A DNA stretch of 64,000 nt from Chara braunii (lineage: Eukaryota > Plantae > Charophyceae): positions 1,867,827 to 1,931,826 of the forward strand of contig BFEA01000013.1 of the NCBI GenBank assembly GCA_003427395.1, written 5' to 3'. The notes under the pieces are model-generated. The model saw only the letters and a program-made list of their open reading frames with translations. It made no database searches and was not told the origin of the DNA. Numbering within the stretch: position 1 is the first letter of the stretch; the number at the start of each line of letters is the position of its first letter. Shown here in pieces: positions 1 through 12,145 of the stretch. The position numbers and the translations under genes are program-made.

Positions 1-1576
1 CTAGCCTATACTACAATGTCGCACGATGATGACAACAGCTTCCCGAAGTACGAGCATACAGCGACCAATGTCGCACACTTCCAGCACCATCTATGTCTCT
101 CGCCTCACTCACAATCTTGTTCCCCAACGCACAGATGCCACTTGCACCCAAGGACCACCATGCGCCCCATCTCATTCCCTCTCTCTTACTCTCATGTAAA
201 CACACACACATTCACGTACACACACACATACGCACCCGTGCAGTGGTGTATATTTCCATGTTCTAGCGATAGATTCACTTATTTTGCTCATCCTATCGAT
301 GGAAGTAGCGTGTGGGCAGTTGCGGTGTTGGGAGACTTACCTGTTGTCCTCCCTTCTAGTCCCCGTCGTCGTCGTCGCTCGACAGTCCATCACTCTCCGC
401 AAGGCAACGCGACCAGTCATGGAGTGCAACGTACCGGGATCACAGTATGTGGGACATAACAGGTACGTGCGCGTACTGAACAAGTCGGGCGGATGGCTGA
501 TTCGTGCTCATGACGTCGCCGGCTTCGATTGCACGACTTAGGTGAGTAGCCTTCTTCTTCCTTTACTTCTCACCTTCCCTTCTTCCTTCCTTCTTCGTCT
601 CCTCCTCCTTCTTCTTCTTCTCCTCGCGCGCCTCTTTCTTCTGCGCAGCTACCTTTTTCCCACCGCGCGGTCATCTTTTTCCCCGTCGTCTCCTTCCCGT
701 CCTGTTCATGCGTTATTTCGCCCCGCTGTTCTCCCCTTTTCACTTTGTTTGGGTGTCTTCATTCATTTGCGTCCGTGGTCTTCCTCTTGACCGGTCTCAC
801 CACCTCACTCTTGATCTCCCCCTCTCCCTTCTCCTTCTTCTTCTTTGTCTTCCTCCTTCTCCTCCTCCTCCTCCTCCTCTTCTTCTTCTTCTTCTTCTTT
901 GCACATCTGCTTTCCTCTGCGCCTTACCTTTCGCGCGCTGCTATCTTGCTGTTCCCACCGCGCGATCACTCCGTTGCTCCCTGTTTGTTCTTCTGTTGGT
1001 CTTCCCTGTTGTCATTGTCTCCCTTACCGTAATCGTCATCTCCGTCGCTTGCTCCTCACCTTCTCCCTCATCCCCTTCGTCGTTCTTGCTACCTTCCCCC
1101 TCCCATTCTCCATCTTTCTCCTTCCTCCTTCTTTTTTTTTTCCTTCTTCTTCGTCTATTTCGTTTTCTCGCGACGCTACCTCGCGACTTCCGCTCCGCGT
1201 TGTCTATGTTGCGCCCATTCTTGCATGCTTATGCTTCCTCCACACGCGCCTTCCTCTACCGCACAGCCATCCTTTTTCCTTTGCGCTGTCTCGCTTTCTA
1301 CCCGTACTCGTTTTCTCTGTCCTGACGCTCCTCCCTTGCCGTACTCAAACGCGAGAGTCCTCCCTGTCGTCGTCGCAGGTCGGATACCGAGCGAGATGTC
1401 GGGAAGTTCGGGGGAATGAATCTGCCCCGGTTCTAACAACTGATTCAACAAGTTTTCATACGAGAACGGAGGAAAGGAAATAAACCAAGAAAACAAAAAC
1501 AAAAAAATCGTAAAGGAAAGAAAAAAATAAATAAAGAAATTTGAACAAGGCAAAAAAAGAAAATCTAACTACCTAA

Positions 1577-1592
1577 CTACCCTGTCGTGCCA
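1577..1592 (-). promoter_or_regulatory. Putative primer-binding site (TGGCACGACAGGGTAG)
   Basis: A TGG-initiated motif 2 nt after the LTR end CCGACA. Similar motifs occur at 3303 and 54121. The cognate tRNA is not identified. Confidence 0.6.
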
Positions 1593-1695
1593 TCTGTCGG
1601 GGAGGCCAACTACCTATAACTACTCCTAACAATGAGGTCGCGGGTTCGAGTACCCACCGCCTGAGGTCGGGGTAAAAGTGCAACTCCCTTACAAC

Positions 1696-1783
1696 AAAAA
1701 TGGAGCTAGCTCAAGGGGCCGAGGCAGATTCAATCCCTATGTCCCCGGCTTGACAGTCTGCCCTGAAACCTAATGAGCTAGCT
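1696..1783 (-). ncRNA. Pol III-like / terminal-stem small RNA unit in the LTR (copy H)
   Basis: GGAGCTAGCTCA...TGAGCTAGCTCC forms a 12-bp terminal stem followed by ATTTTT, with a degenerate B box and an upstream TATA-like element. Confidence 0.4.
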
Positions 1784-3116
1784 CCTACTTCGGTTAGAAG
1801 AGGAGCCGCTCAGTACTATATAGAGTAGTGGGGCTCGGTCCACCTAGTGACCCGAGCCCTTTTTTTAAATTTGTGTGTGTGCACGCTTGCCGGTCTGCAC
1901 ACCTGTTTGAGAGCTTTGTTGGCTAGAGTGTGTGTGTGGCCCGCAATGGCACTTGGTTGACCAGAAGGTCTGAAACGTCGTTTCTTACCTGCGGTCGTGA
2001 CATTGAGGGTCGCATCGGGAAAACACTCAAGTGGCGGGGAAAAAGACCCCCGACACTTAGCGGAAAATACTCAAGTATCAGGTAGGACAATACCTTACCA
2101 GTAGAGGTAGATATGCCGGGTACTCGGGATTGAGTAGAAGAAGACAAAAGTTGGCATTTTTAGAGGCCCGGTATCGGTAGATAGGCGGGTACCAGTTCAA
2201 GTAGCCTGACTCCCGGCCCTATGTGGACGGTATCAGAGCTTTCAACGGTGTCTCCTCCTGCAAAGTGAAGAAGGTACCGGTTGCTTGGGTGGCTACGTAG
2301 TCAGGGAGTCGCCGCCCAAGACGCAACCTCTTTTCTACATACGGGAGGCTGAGTGGTAGCCTCAACCTTACTCACAGTATTTGAGTAAGGACAGATGTAT
2401 GGACTGCCATTCCCAATTATGGTCGGCAGTGTACTTCTCTTGGCTTCCCCGGCTGCATGGCCGGGGTTATATTAATTTTTCAGTCGCCTTTAGATTTTAC
2501 GGCAGCGCGACCTGTCGATTTTCCCGTACCGACCGATCCGACGCCCCCAGACTCGTTCTAATTCATTTTTGCCTTACCGCCTGGACCTTTGACTGATTTA
2601 GATCGTGGTCGCCGCATCCTGCGCGACTTTTTCTCGTTCTCTTCCAACCCTCCGGCCCTTATGGCCGAAGGCTTTTATTTTTTACTAACCCTTACCTGTT
2701 GTCGTACGCGTCACTGCGTATGATCACTTAGAAATCTCGGCCTCAATGGTCGAGAAGTTTGCTTCACGGCACTATGCAAAAAAAAATAAAAAAAAAATTC
2801 ACTTCTTACTCCAGACCGTCCCCGGTACGGTAACTGGCATTGATACTGTATCGAATGCAAAATCATGAGCAAATACCCTTGTAAGGGTGTTTACTCCGAT
2901 AACGGCCATGAGGTAAGAAACGACCCTTCGGACCTTCCGATCAACCAAGTACCCTTGCAGGTCACAGACACAGGCAAGTCGACAGGTACTTAGATAGACA
3001 GACATACCAACGAACGTGTATACGCACACAATACTTAGAAATGGGTTCGGGGCACTAGGTGGACTGAAACCCACTCCTCTATATATACTGGAGCGACTCC
3101 TCTTCTAATCGAAGTA

Positions 3117-3201
3117 GGAGCTAGCTCAGTGGGTTTTGGTGCGGATTGGGAATTAGGTGACTCGGGGATCGAATCCATCCGACCCCGAGCTAGCTCTTTT
3201 T
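3117..3201 (+). ncRNA. Pol III-like small RNA unit in the LTR (copy C)
   Basis: TATATATA at 3080-3087, A box TAGCTCAGTGG at 3122, B box GGATCGAATCC at 3166, GAGCTAGCTC at both ends, and TTTTT at 3197. Confidence 0.5.
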
Positions 3202-4106
3202 GCAAAGAACTCGCCTTTCTTTTCACCCGCATTCAGATGACAGGGACTCGAACCCGTGACCTCGGAGTGAGAACCAAACGAGGTTAGGCCCGTTGTGACA
3301 GTTGGCACAACGCGGTAGTAGCTATATTCGTTGGATTTTTGTTATTTTTTTTTTATTATATTTTATTCTACATTCAACTACCTTTTCATTTTAAGTTCGG
3401 ATGTTTTCTCTTTCTTTTAGGCCCTGTGGTAAATCTCCCTTGTGAATCTGGCTCTGAGTCTAGGGCAGATCCAACAAGGGAATTCGGATCGCAAAGAGGC
3501 CCCGGTAGAGCTGGATCCGCCCTAGCGCTGGGATCTTCCGCGGAGGACGAGAGAAGGACGGAAGGGGGGCGCGAGGGAGGAGCGGAGACGGGATATGCAA
3601 AAGAAAAGGCAGGCGCAGAGGTAGCACACGCAGACAGTCGAGATAGCACCTGCAGACAATCCAGATAGCGTCAGAGTAGGAAAGAGAGGTGCAGGAGGAA
3701 GAAGGAGGAGTAGAGAGGGAGGTGAAGAAGAAGAAGAGAGGGAGAAGAAAGGAGTCGGGAGGTGGGAAGGTTTACCTTCCTTGACGACGGCGGCACTCTA
3801 GGTGTGGCATTTGAGATCTTGTACTTGAGTTTCTCTGCACACGCTTTGGGTGGTTTCCAATTCTGCAAGGAACGGACGAGTTGCTCCTAGGGGTAGACGA
3901 AACATCTGGGTGAGTCGTCCGAACCTAGAGTCGACTATCTCTAAGGACTTCTTTTTACGACATCGAGCTGCATCAGCTAACGATGACGACATCGAAAGGA
4001 AACGACAGGTAAGTCTCCCAACTCTGCGACTATCCACACGCTACTTCCATCGATAGGATAAGAGGATCGATCGAATCTCCCGTTAGAACGACGAAAGATT
4101 CACTAC

Positions 4107-4111
<5 letters not shown>

Positions 4112-4167
<56 letters not shown>

Positions 4168-4238
4168 NNNNNNNNNNNNNNNNNNNNNNNNNNNNNNNNN
4201 NNNNNNNNNNNNNNNNNNNNNNNNNNNNNNNNNNNNNN

Positions 4239-4271
<33 letters not shown>

Positions 4272-4316
4272 TGTGTGTGTATGTGTGTGAGTGAGTGAGA
4301 GAGAGAGAGAGAGAGA
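4112..4316. repeat. (TG)n/(GA)n microsatellite spanning an N gap
   Basis: Direct reading; Ns at 4168-4238. Confidence 0.95.
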
Positions 4317-4367
4317 TCGAAGAGTGAGAGAGGGAGGGAGTGTACTTCGATCGATGCGTCTCGCAGC

Positions 4368-4606
4368 TTCCATCGAAAAAATGAGGAAAGTCGATCTAGT
4401 CTTTCGCTGTGACGTCGAAATATTCACGCCTATACATGTGTGTGTGTGTGAGAGAGCTCCATCGAAAAGATGAGCAAAGTCGATCAAGTCTCGCTGCGAC
4501 GTCGAAATATTCAGTACTGTACATGTGTGTGTGTGTGTGAGAGCTCCATCGAAAAGATGAGCAAAGTCGATCGAGTCTCGCTGGGACGTCGAAATATTCA
4601 CTACTG

Positions 4607-4642
<36 letters not shown>

Positions 4643-4925
4643 TGGGAGAGAGAGAAAGGGGGACAGTTCTTTGATCGTATCATTGAGCAAAAAGGATCAA
4701 ATCTCCCGCTGAAACATCGAGAGATTCACTACTCTACATGTGTGTGTGTGTGTGTAAGAGATATGAGAGAGAGAGGGAGAAAGAGGTCAAGGAGAGCGGG
4801 GGAGAGCAAGTACTTCGATCGATTCATTAGGGAAAGGCTGCAACTGGCCTCGCGCAACCTCCATCTAAAGGCTAGCAAAATCGATCGGATCTTCTACTAC
4901 CACGTCGGAATATTCACTACTGCAC
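4368..4925. repeat. Tandem ~90-130-bp units CCATCGAAAAGATGAGCAAAGTCGATC...GTCGAAATATTCACTAC separated by (TG)n
   Basis: About 5 copies; the reverse complement is related to 245-305 and 55000-55430. Confidence 0.8.
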
Positions 4926-4976
4926 GTGTGTGTGGGCATGTGAAATAAGAGAAGGAGAGAGAGCGAGAGAGAGGTA

Positions 4977-5359
4977 TGGGTACACGTGGCATCTGTGTGG
5001 GGATCGAGGTTCTGAGTGGTATGCGAAGCATACTTGGAGCATGAGGCGAACGGCATTGGCCGATATCTGCTCGTACTTTAGGGAAGCTGTTGTTGTCGTC
5101 GTCCACATTGTAGTAGTAGGCTAGGTACGATCCGTCGTCTGTAATCTGGGCACTTAGCGCTAGATAAGAAATCGACGTTGGTTCTGTGTTGATGACGATG
5201 GGACTATTCCAAAGTTGTCAATTTTGAGTTTTTGATGTGTTCTTATTGGGTGGGGCTCGTGATGCAACACTGCTATTGGCCCGAGATCACGACTACCTGA
5301 TCACATGTGTAAGATGCTGAAGGTTCGCTATCGATCATCCTTCTTTACATTAATTGTTA

Positions 5360-5397
<38 letters not shown>

Positions 5398-5784
5398 GTG
5401 ATTATTAGATGCACACCGGGTTGGCTACAAGTGGCATAAGTGATGGGGAAAACGTACCTGGTGAAAAAGACATGCGACATTTGGCCGCTATCCACTCGTA
5501 TTTCTGGAAGTTGTTGACGTCACCAGCGGAATTGCAGTATAGGCTAGATAGGATCTGCCATCTGTAGACTGAGCACCGGGCTCAGGTAGCTTGAGGACAT
5601 TGATTCTGTGTTTATGATGGTGAGACTATGCCAGCTTGTCAAATCTGAGCTTTTGCTGTGTTCCTACTTGGTGGGACCGTGATGCAATTCTGTTTTTTGT
5701 TCGAGGTCACGACTATGTGGTTACACGAGTGTGATGCTGTAGATTTTCGAAGTTCGCTATTGCTAATCTTTTTATTATTATTAT

Positions 5785-5826
<42 letters not shown>

Positions 5827-8186
5827 GTGTACAGTAGTTTCTTGGGTGCGAGTGGCATCTGTGTGGTGAGGATCGAGGGTGTGACTGAAGCGAGAGACAT
5901 ACCTGGTGTTGGAAGCGGGTGACATTGGCAGCGATCTGCTCCTACTTCAGGAAAGTTGTTGTCGTCGTTGAGACTGTAAGATAGATAGGATATGCCATCT
6001 GTAGACTGAGCACCGGGCTCAGATAGGATGGCGACATTGCTTTTGTGTTGATGATAATGAGCCTATACCAGCATTATCAATTCTGAGCATTGCTGTGTTC
6101 TTATTTGGTGGGGTAGTGACTATCGGGTCACTTGTGTATGATGCTGTTGATGTATGAAGTACGCTGTCGTTCATCCTCCTCGCCAGATAAGATGGCGACA
6201 TTGCTTCTGTGTTCATGATGATGAGCTTATACCAGCACTCCCAATTCTGAGCATTGTTGTGCTCTTATTTGGTAGGGTAGGAGATATGGTTAACAGATGC
6301 ATATATTTTCAGGCCTCCTTTCCAGGCAGTTCAACCACTTTAGGTTAGTACATCACTTTCAGATTATGTGTGGATCTAAACATGGGGTTGTCTGGAACCC
6401 CCTTCAGGAAGTTCAGCCACTTCAGGTTGATACACCACTTTCAGATTGCCTACAGATCCATTGCAAATGCTGGGATGGGGATACCTAAAACCCCTTTCAG
6501 AAGCTTCAGGCACTTCAGTGGTTTCATGTCCCCACCTGAAATTCCGGAAATGATCTGACATGATTGAAGCTTTTGAAATGGCTTTCAGGTACCCCCATCC
6601 AACCATTTGGATAAGGGTACCTGAAACCCCTTTCAGAAGCTTCAGCCACTTCAGCGGTTTCAGGTCCCCACCTGAAATTCATGAAATGACCTGAAGCGGT
6701 TGAAACTTCTGAAAGGTGTTTCAGGTACCCCCATCCAAATGGTTGGATGGGGGTACCTGAAACCCCTTTTAGAAGCTTCAGCTACTTCAGCGGTTCCAGG
6801 TCCCACCTGAAATTCCTGAAATGACTTGAAGTGGCTGAAGCTTCTGAAAGGGGTTTCAGGTACCCCCATCCAACCATTCGGATGGGGGTACCTGAAAGTC
6901 CTTTCAGAAGCTTCAACCACATCAGCGGTTTCAGGTCCCCACCTGAAATTCCTGAAATGACCTGAAGTGGTTGAAGCTTCTGAAAGGGGTTTCAGGTACA
7001 GTACCTTAAATCCCATTCAGAAGCTTCAGCCACTTCAGTGGTTTCAGGTCCCCACCTGAAATTTCTGAAATGACCTGAAGTGGCTGAAAAAACAGGCAGA
7101 AAAAAAAACAAAAAAAACATAAAATTTGTCCTGCAAACCACCCGAAACTTCTGAAATGACATGAAGTGTCTTCAAGCCATTTCAGCGGTTTCAGACCACT
7201 TCATAATCTTTGATTTTGAAATTTCAGGTGGTCGTTAACCTCGAGTGTAGGGTAGTGATGTAATTCTGCTTTTGATCCGAGGTTAATTGATCACGTGTGT
7301 AAGGTGCAGTTGGTTTCTGAAGATCACTGTTTTCTCGTTTTCCTACCTCAGATAGGATCTGCCGACAGCAGTCAAGGCACGGAGAACCAGATAGGAAACA
7401 GACATTGGATCTCTGTCGATGATGCTGAGATCATTCTGACGTTGTCACTTATGAACCTTTGTTGTGCTCTTATTGGTGGAATTCGTGCTGCAATACTAGT
7501 CATAGTTCGAGGTCAAGATTATCTGGTCTCATGTGTATGATGCTACTTGGTTTCTGATATTCGCAGCCACTCATTTCTTTGCAGATATAGTAGTATTGTT
7601 ATTATTATTATTATTATGACTATTATTGCTATTGTTGCCAGACTCGCTTTCTTTATCGCTTCACATGCATGTGGACAGGGGGACACGCCACGCTAGCGGT
7701 CAACACCCAAATGCAGAGCTTAGAGATATGGCAGCAAAGAACGCAGTTCGATTGCAGACTCGCTTCGAATGACTATGGCACGTCAGACCCACACGCGGAG
7801 AGAAAGAGAAAGGGTGATGATGACATGATGTGAGGGCACATGCCTGGTATTGGCAATGATTGGCATTGGTTGACATCTTCAAGTACTTCGTTGGCTGCTG
7901 ATCTCAACAGTAGCAGTGTCAATCATTAAGGGGGTAGTAGTTGTGTAGGGAATAGTTTGGGCGTCGAGTGTCAGATAGGAGGTTCGACATTTGATTCTTC
8001 ATTAATCATGATGAGGCTTGACCAGCATTGTCACTTATGAGCATTGTTGCGCCTCACTTGGTGGAAACTCGGGTTGCAGTACTGCTTTTGTTCAAAGTCA
8101 TGACTATCTGATCTCTCGTGTGTAATGCTGATTAGTTTTGAGGTTCGCTGCCAATTAGTGTCTTGCAAAATGTGATGTATCGTTGC

Positions 8187-8240
<54 letters not shown>
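4977..8240. repeat. Degenerate ~400-450-bp tandem units separated by (ATT)n
   Basis: Recurring GTGGCATCTGTG...ATACCTGG...GTATAGGCTAGATAGGAT...TGATGATG...GTGATGCAA blocks at about 4985, 5440, 5850, 6000, 7340 and 7830; homologous to 56283-61250. Confidence 0.75.
6281..7246. mobile_element. Non-autonomous DNA transposon-like insertion filled with a palindromic CTGAA/TTCAG satellite
   Basis: GTAGGGTAG is duplicated at 6272-6280 and 7247-7255, with inverted GGTTAAC/GTTAACC near the ends. It interrupts a host repeat unit. Confidence 0.7.
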
Positions 8241-8260
<20 letters not shown>

Positions 8261-9848
8261 GCAATCAGATTCCCCTTCCTTCTCACTCTATCTTCATATA
8301 AGCAGAATAGCACCCCAAACCGAGTGTTGTCTCCCGGTCTACATTCTGTTTGAGGCTGCCTCAACTTCACAAGGCCCTGAGTGCTCACCGTCCCACGTGG
8401 AACTTGCTGACTGAACTAAGTGAGACTGGGACTGGGTACCGCCGACTCACCATGGATGGACCTAGCCGCCTGCCCACTTGCCTCTAGTTTGTTTAAAGAA
8501 CCACTTTTGAACTTTCTGCGATCTGGGGACTTGGCCATTCGATACTGCAGCGCTACAACCTTGATCTTTCGGAGTTGCAGCGGATACGACCCAGGCCTCT
8601 TAAGAGAAATCCGACAGACTGACACAGACGAGAGACAAACAGACACAGACAAGAGACAAACAGACACGGACAAGAGGTAGTCAGACAGAAAGAGTGCAGG
8701 CCATCAGACAAAAAAAACAGACACAGATAAGGCTGATACACGAGACAGACAGGGACAAATGGGCGGACGATAATACGGACAACGAGGGACAGATAAACCA
8801 GACGGAAGCAGGGGAGCACATGTAGTCAAAACAAACAAGTAAAGGCCGACAAACCAGTCACGTTGACACATTGATATACACTGATATACAGTGGAAATAT
8901 ACATAGTCATTGTGACACACGTGCACACGCTGCACCTTGACCACTGTTGCACAAAGTCGTTGTAGCAGCGCTTCCACATGGCTTAAGCAGGAATGAATGG
9001 ATGGCTTGGCGCTGCATCTTGATCCAGAAACTTTTGTTTGATATTGGCTTGCATTCCCATCGGCCCTAGGTGCCCACTGTCCCTTACGGTACTTGCGCGA
9101 GTGAACCTGGTTAAATTGGGACTGTACCGCTGACTGCAAGTGGATGTACCACTGACACAGCATAGTTGCCCTGCAAACCTAGCAGGGAGAGCTTTTGCAC
9201 CTTCCATCAAATATAGGCGGACAATCTGAGGAAAACAAAACAGACAAATAGTCTGAGACAGACAGACAGACATACAAAGGTGACACAGACACACATTGAC
9301 ACTCATGCGCACGGTCGGGCACGGTGACATACAAGTGCATATTCACCTGCAAAGTCACACACACGCTGTGAGATACAATGACACTATGACAACCACACAG
9401 GCACGGGGACATATAGTGCGCGGTTACTTACAAGGTCACACACAGACTGTGATTCACGGTGCCTCAAAGAGAGGAAGACACGTATACGGTAAGGGAGACG
9501 AAGAGAGAGAGAGGAGGGAGATAAGCACCGGGTGTACGTGAAGGGTCGGCGAATGTGTTGACATCAGGAACACTAGGATCAAAATGAACCTGTTGCGTGA
9601 GCACAACTGTAGGTAGGATAGTGGAGTAAAGTACGGCGGGGCATTGGGCGCCGGACAGAGAAAGTGACAATGGATACTGAATTGGTGTAGGCCTGAGAGC
9701 TTGAGCATTGGCTCATTAGTTCATAATATTGCTCTGTTTGGCTGGATTCTCAGTACTATGGTGCTCGCTGCTTGTATACGACTACTCATACATCTGTGTG
9801 ATCTCACAACTTGGTTTTGAAAATCATTCGCACTCATATTCCTTGCTA

Positions 9849-9849
<1 letters not shown>

Positions 9850-9912
<63 letters not shown>

Positions 9913-9939
9913 CACTATTATTATTATTATTATTATTAC

Positions 9940-9976
<37 letters not shown>
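9850..9976. repeat. (ATT)n microsatellite
   Basis: Direct reading; similar tracts at 8187-8256, 59820-59873 and 62787-62870. Confidence 0.95.
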
Positions 9977-10236
9977 TGACGGCACATGCTAGGATGGGAG
10001 TCAGCGGTGGGAAGGGTGCGAGGTAGTAGAAAGGGGAGGATCGTCGTCCAGCGTGATGGCTTCAACTTCCTTCATCCTCCTCCGTCTTTCCTATGTCTAA
10101 TCCCCTCGCACACCAATCATTTTCAAGCAGTACATGTGAAAATGATGTTGCCAAATGGCTTGCTGAAATCAAATCTCAAACACGAGAGACTCCTATTCCG
10201 TACTTGGTCAGTTTAGACGTCTCCAAGTGACAGGGC

Positions 10237-10298
10237 GATTGCGGAAGCTCTGCCGGAGTTCAGGAGGAACTCTGGAGGGAGGGAACAGCAAGGTGCGC
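10237..10298 (+). promoter_or_regulatory. Conserved hairpin plus 5' splice donor (copy C)
   Basis: CCGGAGTTC-AGGAG-GAACTCTGG followed by AAG|GTGCG; five homologues in the window. Confidence 0.6.
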
Positions 10299-10459
10299 AC
10301 ACTCCAACCTAACATGTATAGCGCTTGAACCTATAACATTCAGGTAACTACCTATGATTGTATTAATAAAGAGAGTACTTTGAGTCAGGGGTTCGTCAGG
10401 ACTAAATACGGAGACAGAAGGGAAAAGAAACAATAATGCTTGAATAAAGAAAGAAAGGC

Positions 10460-11669
10460 ATGATTTGAGTAAGCGAGGCTCCGAGAAGCCTGCCTTATCA
10501 CCACAATGATAGTAACATGGTGATAAGAGTAGCGAGGCTCCGAGAAGCCTGCCTTATCACCGCGATGATAAGAATCAATGTGGTAAGAGGAGCGAGGCTC
10601 CGAGAAGCCTGCCTTACCATTGGAATAACAAAAGATCAATGTGGTAAGATGAGCGAGGCTCCGAGAAGCCTGCCTTACCACTGCAATAACTAAGATAAAT
10701 ATGGTAAGAGGAGCGAGGCTTCGAGAAGCCTGCCTTACCACTGTAATAATAAATACTACTATAATAACTAAGATCAATGTGGTAAGAGGAGCGAGGCTCC
10801 GAGCAGCCTGCCTTACCACTGTAATAACTAAGAAACAACGTGGTAAGAGGAGCGAGGCTCCGAGAAGCCTGCCTTACCACTGCAATAACAAAAGATCATT
10901 GTGGTAAGAGGAGCAAGGCTCCGAGAAGTCTGCCTTACCACTGCAATAACTAAGATCAATGTGTTAAAAGAAGCGTGGCTCCGAGAAGCCTGTCTTACCA
11001 CTGTAATAATAAATACTACTGTAATAACTAAGATCAATGTGGTAAGAGGAGCGAGGCTCCGAGAAACCTGCCTTACCACTGTAATAATAAATACTACTGT
11101 AATAACTAAGATCAATGTGATAAGAGGAGCGAGACTCGGAGAAACCTGCCTTACCACTGTAATAATAAATACTACTATAATAACTAAGATCAATGTGATA
11201 AGAGGAGCGAGACTCGGAGAAGCCTGCCTTACCACTGTAATAATAAATACTGCTGTAATAACTAAGATCAATGCGGTAAGAGGAGTGAGGCTCCGAGAAG
11301 CCTGCCTTACCACCATAATAACAACGATCAATGTGGTCAGAGGAGCAAGGCTCCGAGAAGTCTGTCTTACCACTGAAATAACTAAGATCAATGTGGTAAG
11401 AGGAGTGAGGCTCCGATAAGTCTGCCTTACCACTGCAACAACAAAAGAAGCAAGTGTGATAAGAGTAAGCGAGACTTCAAGAAGCCTGCCTTATCACCAC
11501 AACGATAAGAACAAGGTGATAAGAGTAAGCGAGGCTTCGACAAGCCTGCCTTATCACCACAATGATAAGAAACAGGTGATAAGAGTAAGAGAGGCTCCAA
11601 GAAACCTGCCTTATCACCACAACGATAAGAAACAATGTGATAAGAGGAGCGTGGCTCCGAGAAGCCCGT
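10460..11669. repeat. Array I: ~19 tandem 60/78-bp stem-loop units
   Basis: Consensus GTGGTAAG-AGGAGCG-AGGCT-CCGAGA-AGCCT-GC-CTTACCAC, with the variant GTGATAAG/CTTATCAC. Confidence 0.9.
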
Positions 11670-12145
11670 TGTCGAGCGCATCGGTCCCACACGGGGACCC
11701 TCCCGGCTGCGTCACACAGGATTATGCAGGACTTGTCGCGGAGAGCGTTTGCCGCTCCGGCCGAGTGCGCCAGCCGTACCTCTCGCGAGCCCCTACGACA
11801 GGACAAGGTCACGCGAGGCACCGCTACCTCCACCTGCGGGAGCTGTTACCATCCCTTAGGTGGGCGTATCCCTGCCGAGCTACTGAACCACATGCGAAAG
11901 CTTTTCGTATGCAATTGCAGAGGTGGCCCAGCCGAGGGCGTTTCTCGGTCGCTGTAGCATAGGGGGTACGCGAGGTCGAACGCCCGAAAATCGAACCCGT
12001 ACGCGAATCGTCGTACTGGGGGGCTGAAGTCCCAACGCAACTCGACGTCGGTCGACTAGGACGCACTACATACCCATGCCTTACACCACAATACGCACGC
12101 TTACTCACCCATAACACTTGAAACCCCACGCGAAACAAACACCAC
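11670..12145. repeat. Left inverted terminal repeat (X-type terminus)
   Basis: Reverse complement of about 22130-22601; homologues at 43498-43990, 23930-24251 and 30400-30610. Confidence 0.9.

Larger units (their letters stand above)
1..2901 (-). mobile_element. Copy H: 5' part of a large LTR-type element (LTR 1595-2901, PBS-like site, leader, start of internal repeat units), runs off the window start
   Basis: The reverse complement matches 3030-3300, 4000-4060 and 4977-5125, and also 53836-54136. The terminus at 2901 has the subterminal hairpin AAATACCCTTGTAAGGGTGTTT (2871-2892). The LTR ends ...CCGACA at 1595. Confidence 0.8.

Noticed and set aside
542-1553. Leu/Ser/Phe-rich ORFs up to 212 aa
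   Set aside because: Translation of a CT-rich low-complexity leader; no domain is recognisable.
3117-3265. True tRNA genes
   Set aside because: A and B boxes are present, but I could not form a cloverleaf or anticodon arm.
10385-11962. Repetitive ORFs (VVRQASRSLAPLTT... and VVRGARLREACLTT...)
   Set aside because: These are by-products of the 60/78-bp palindromic array I and are open on both strands.
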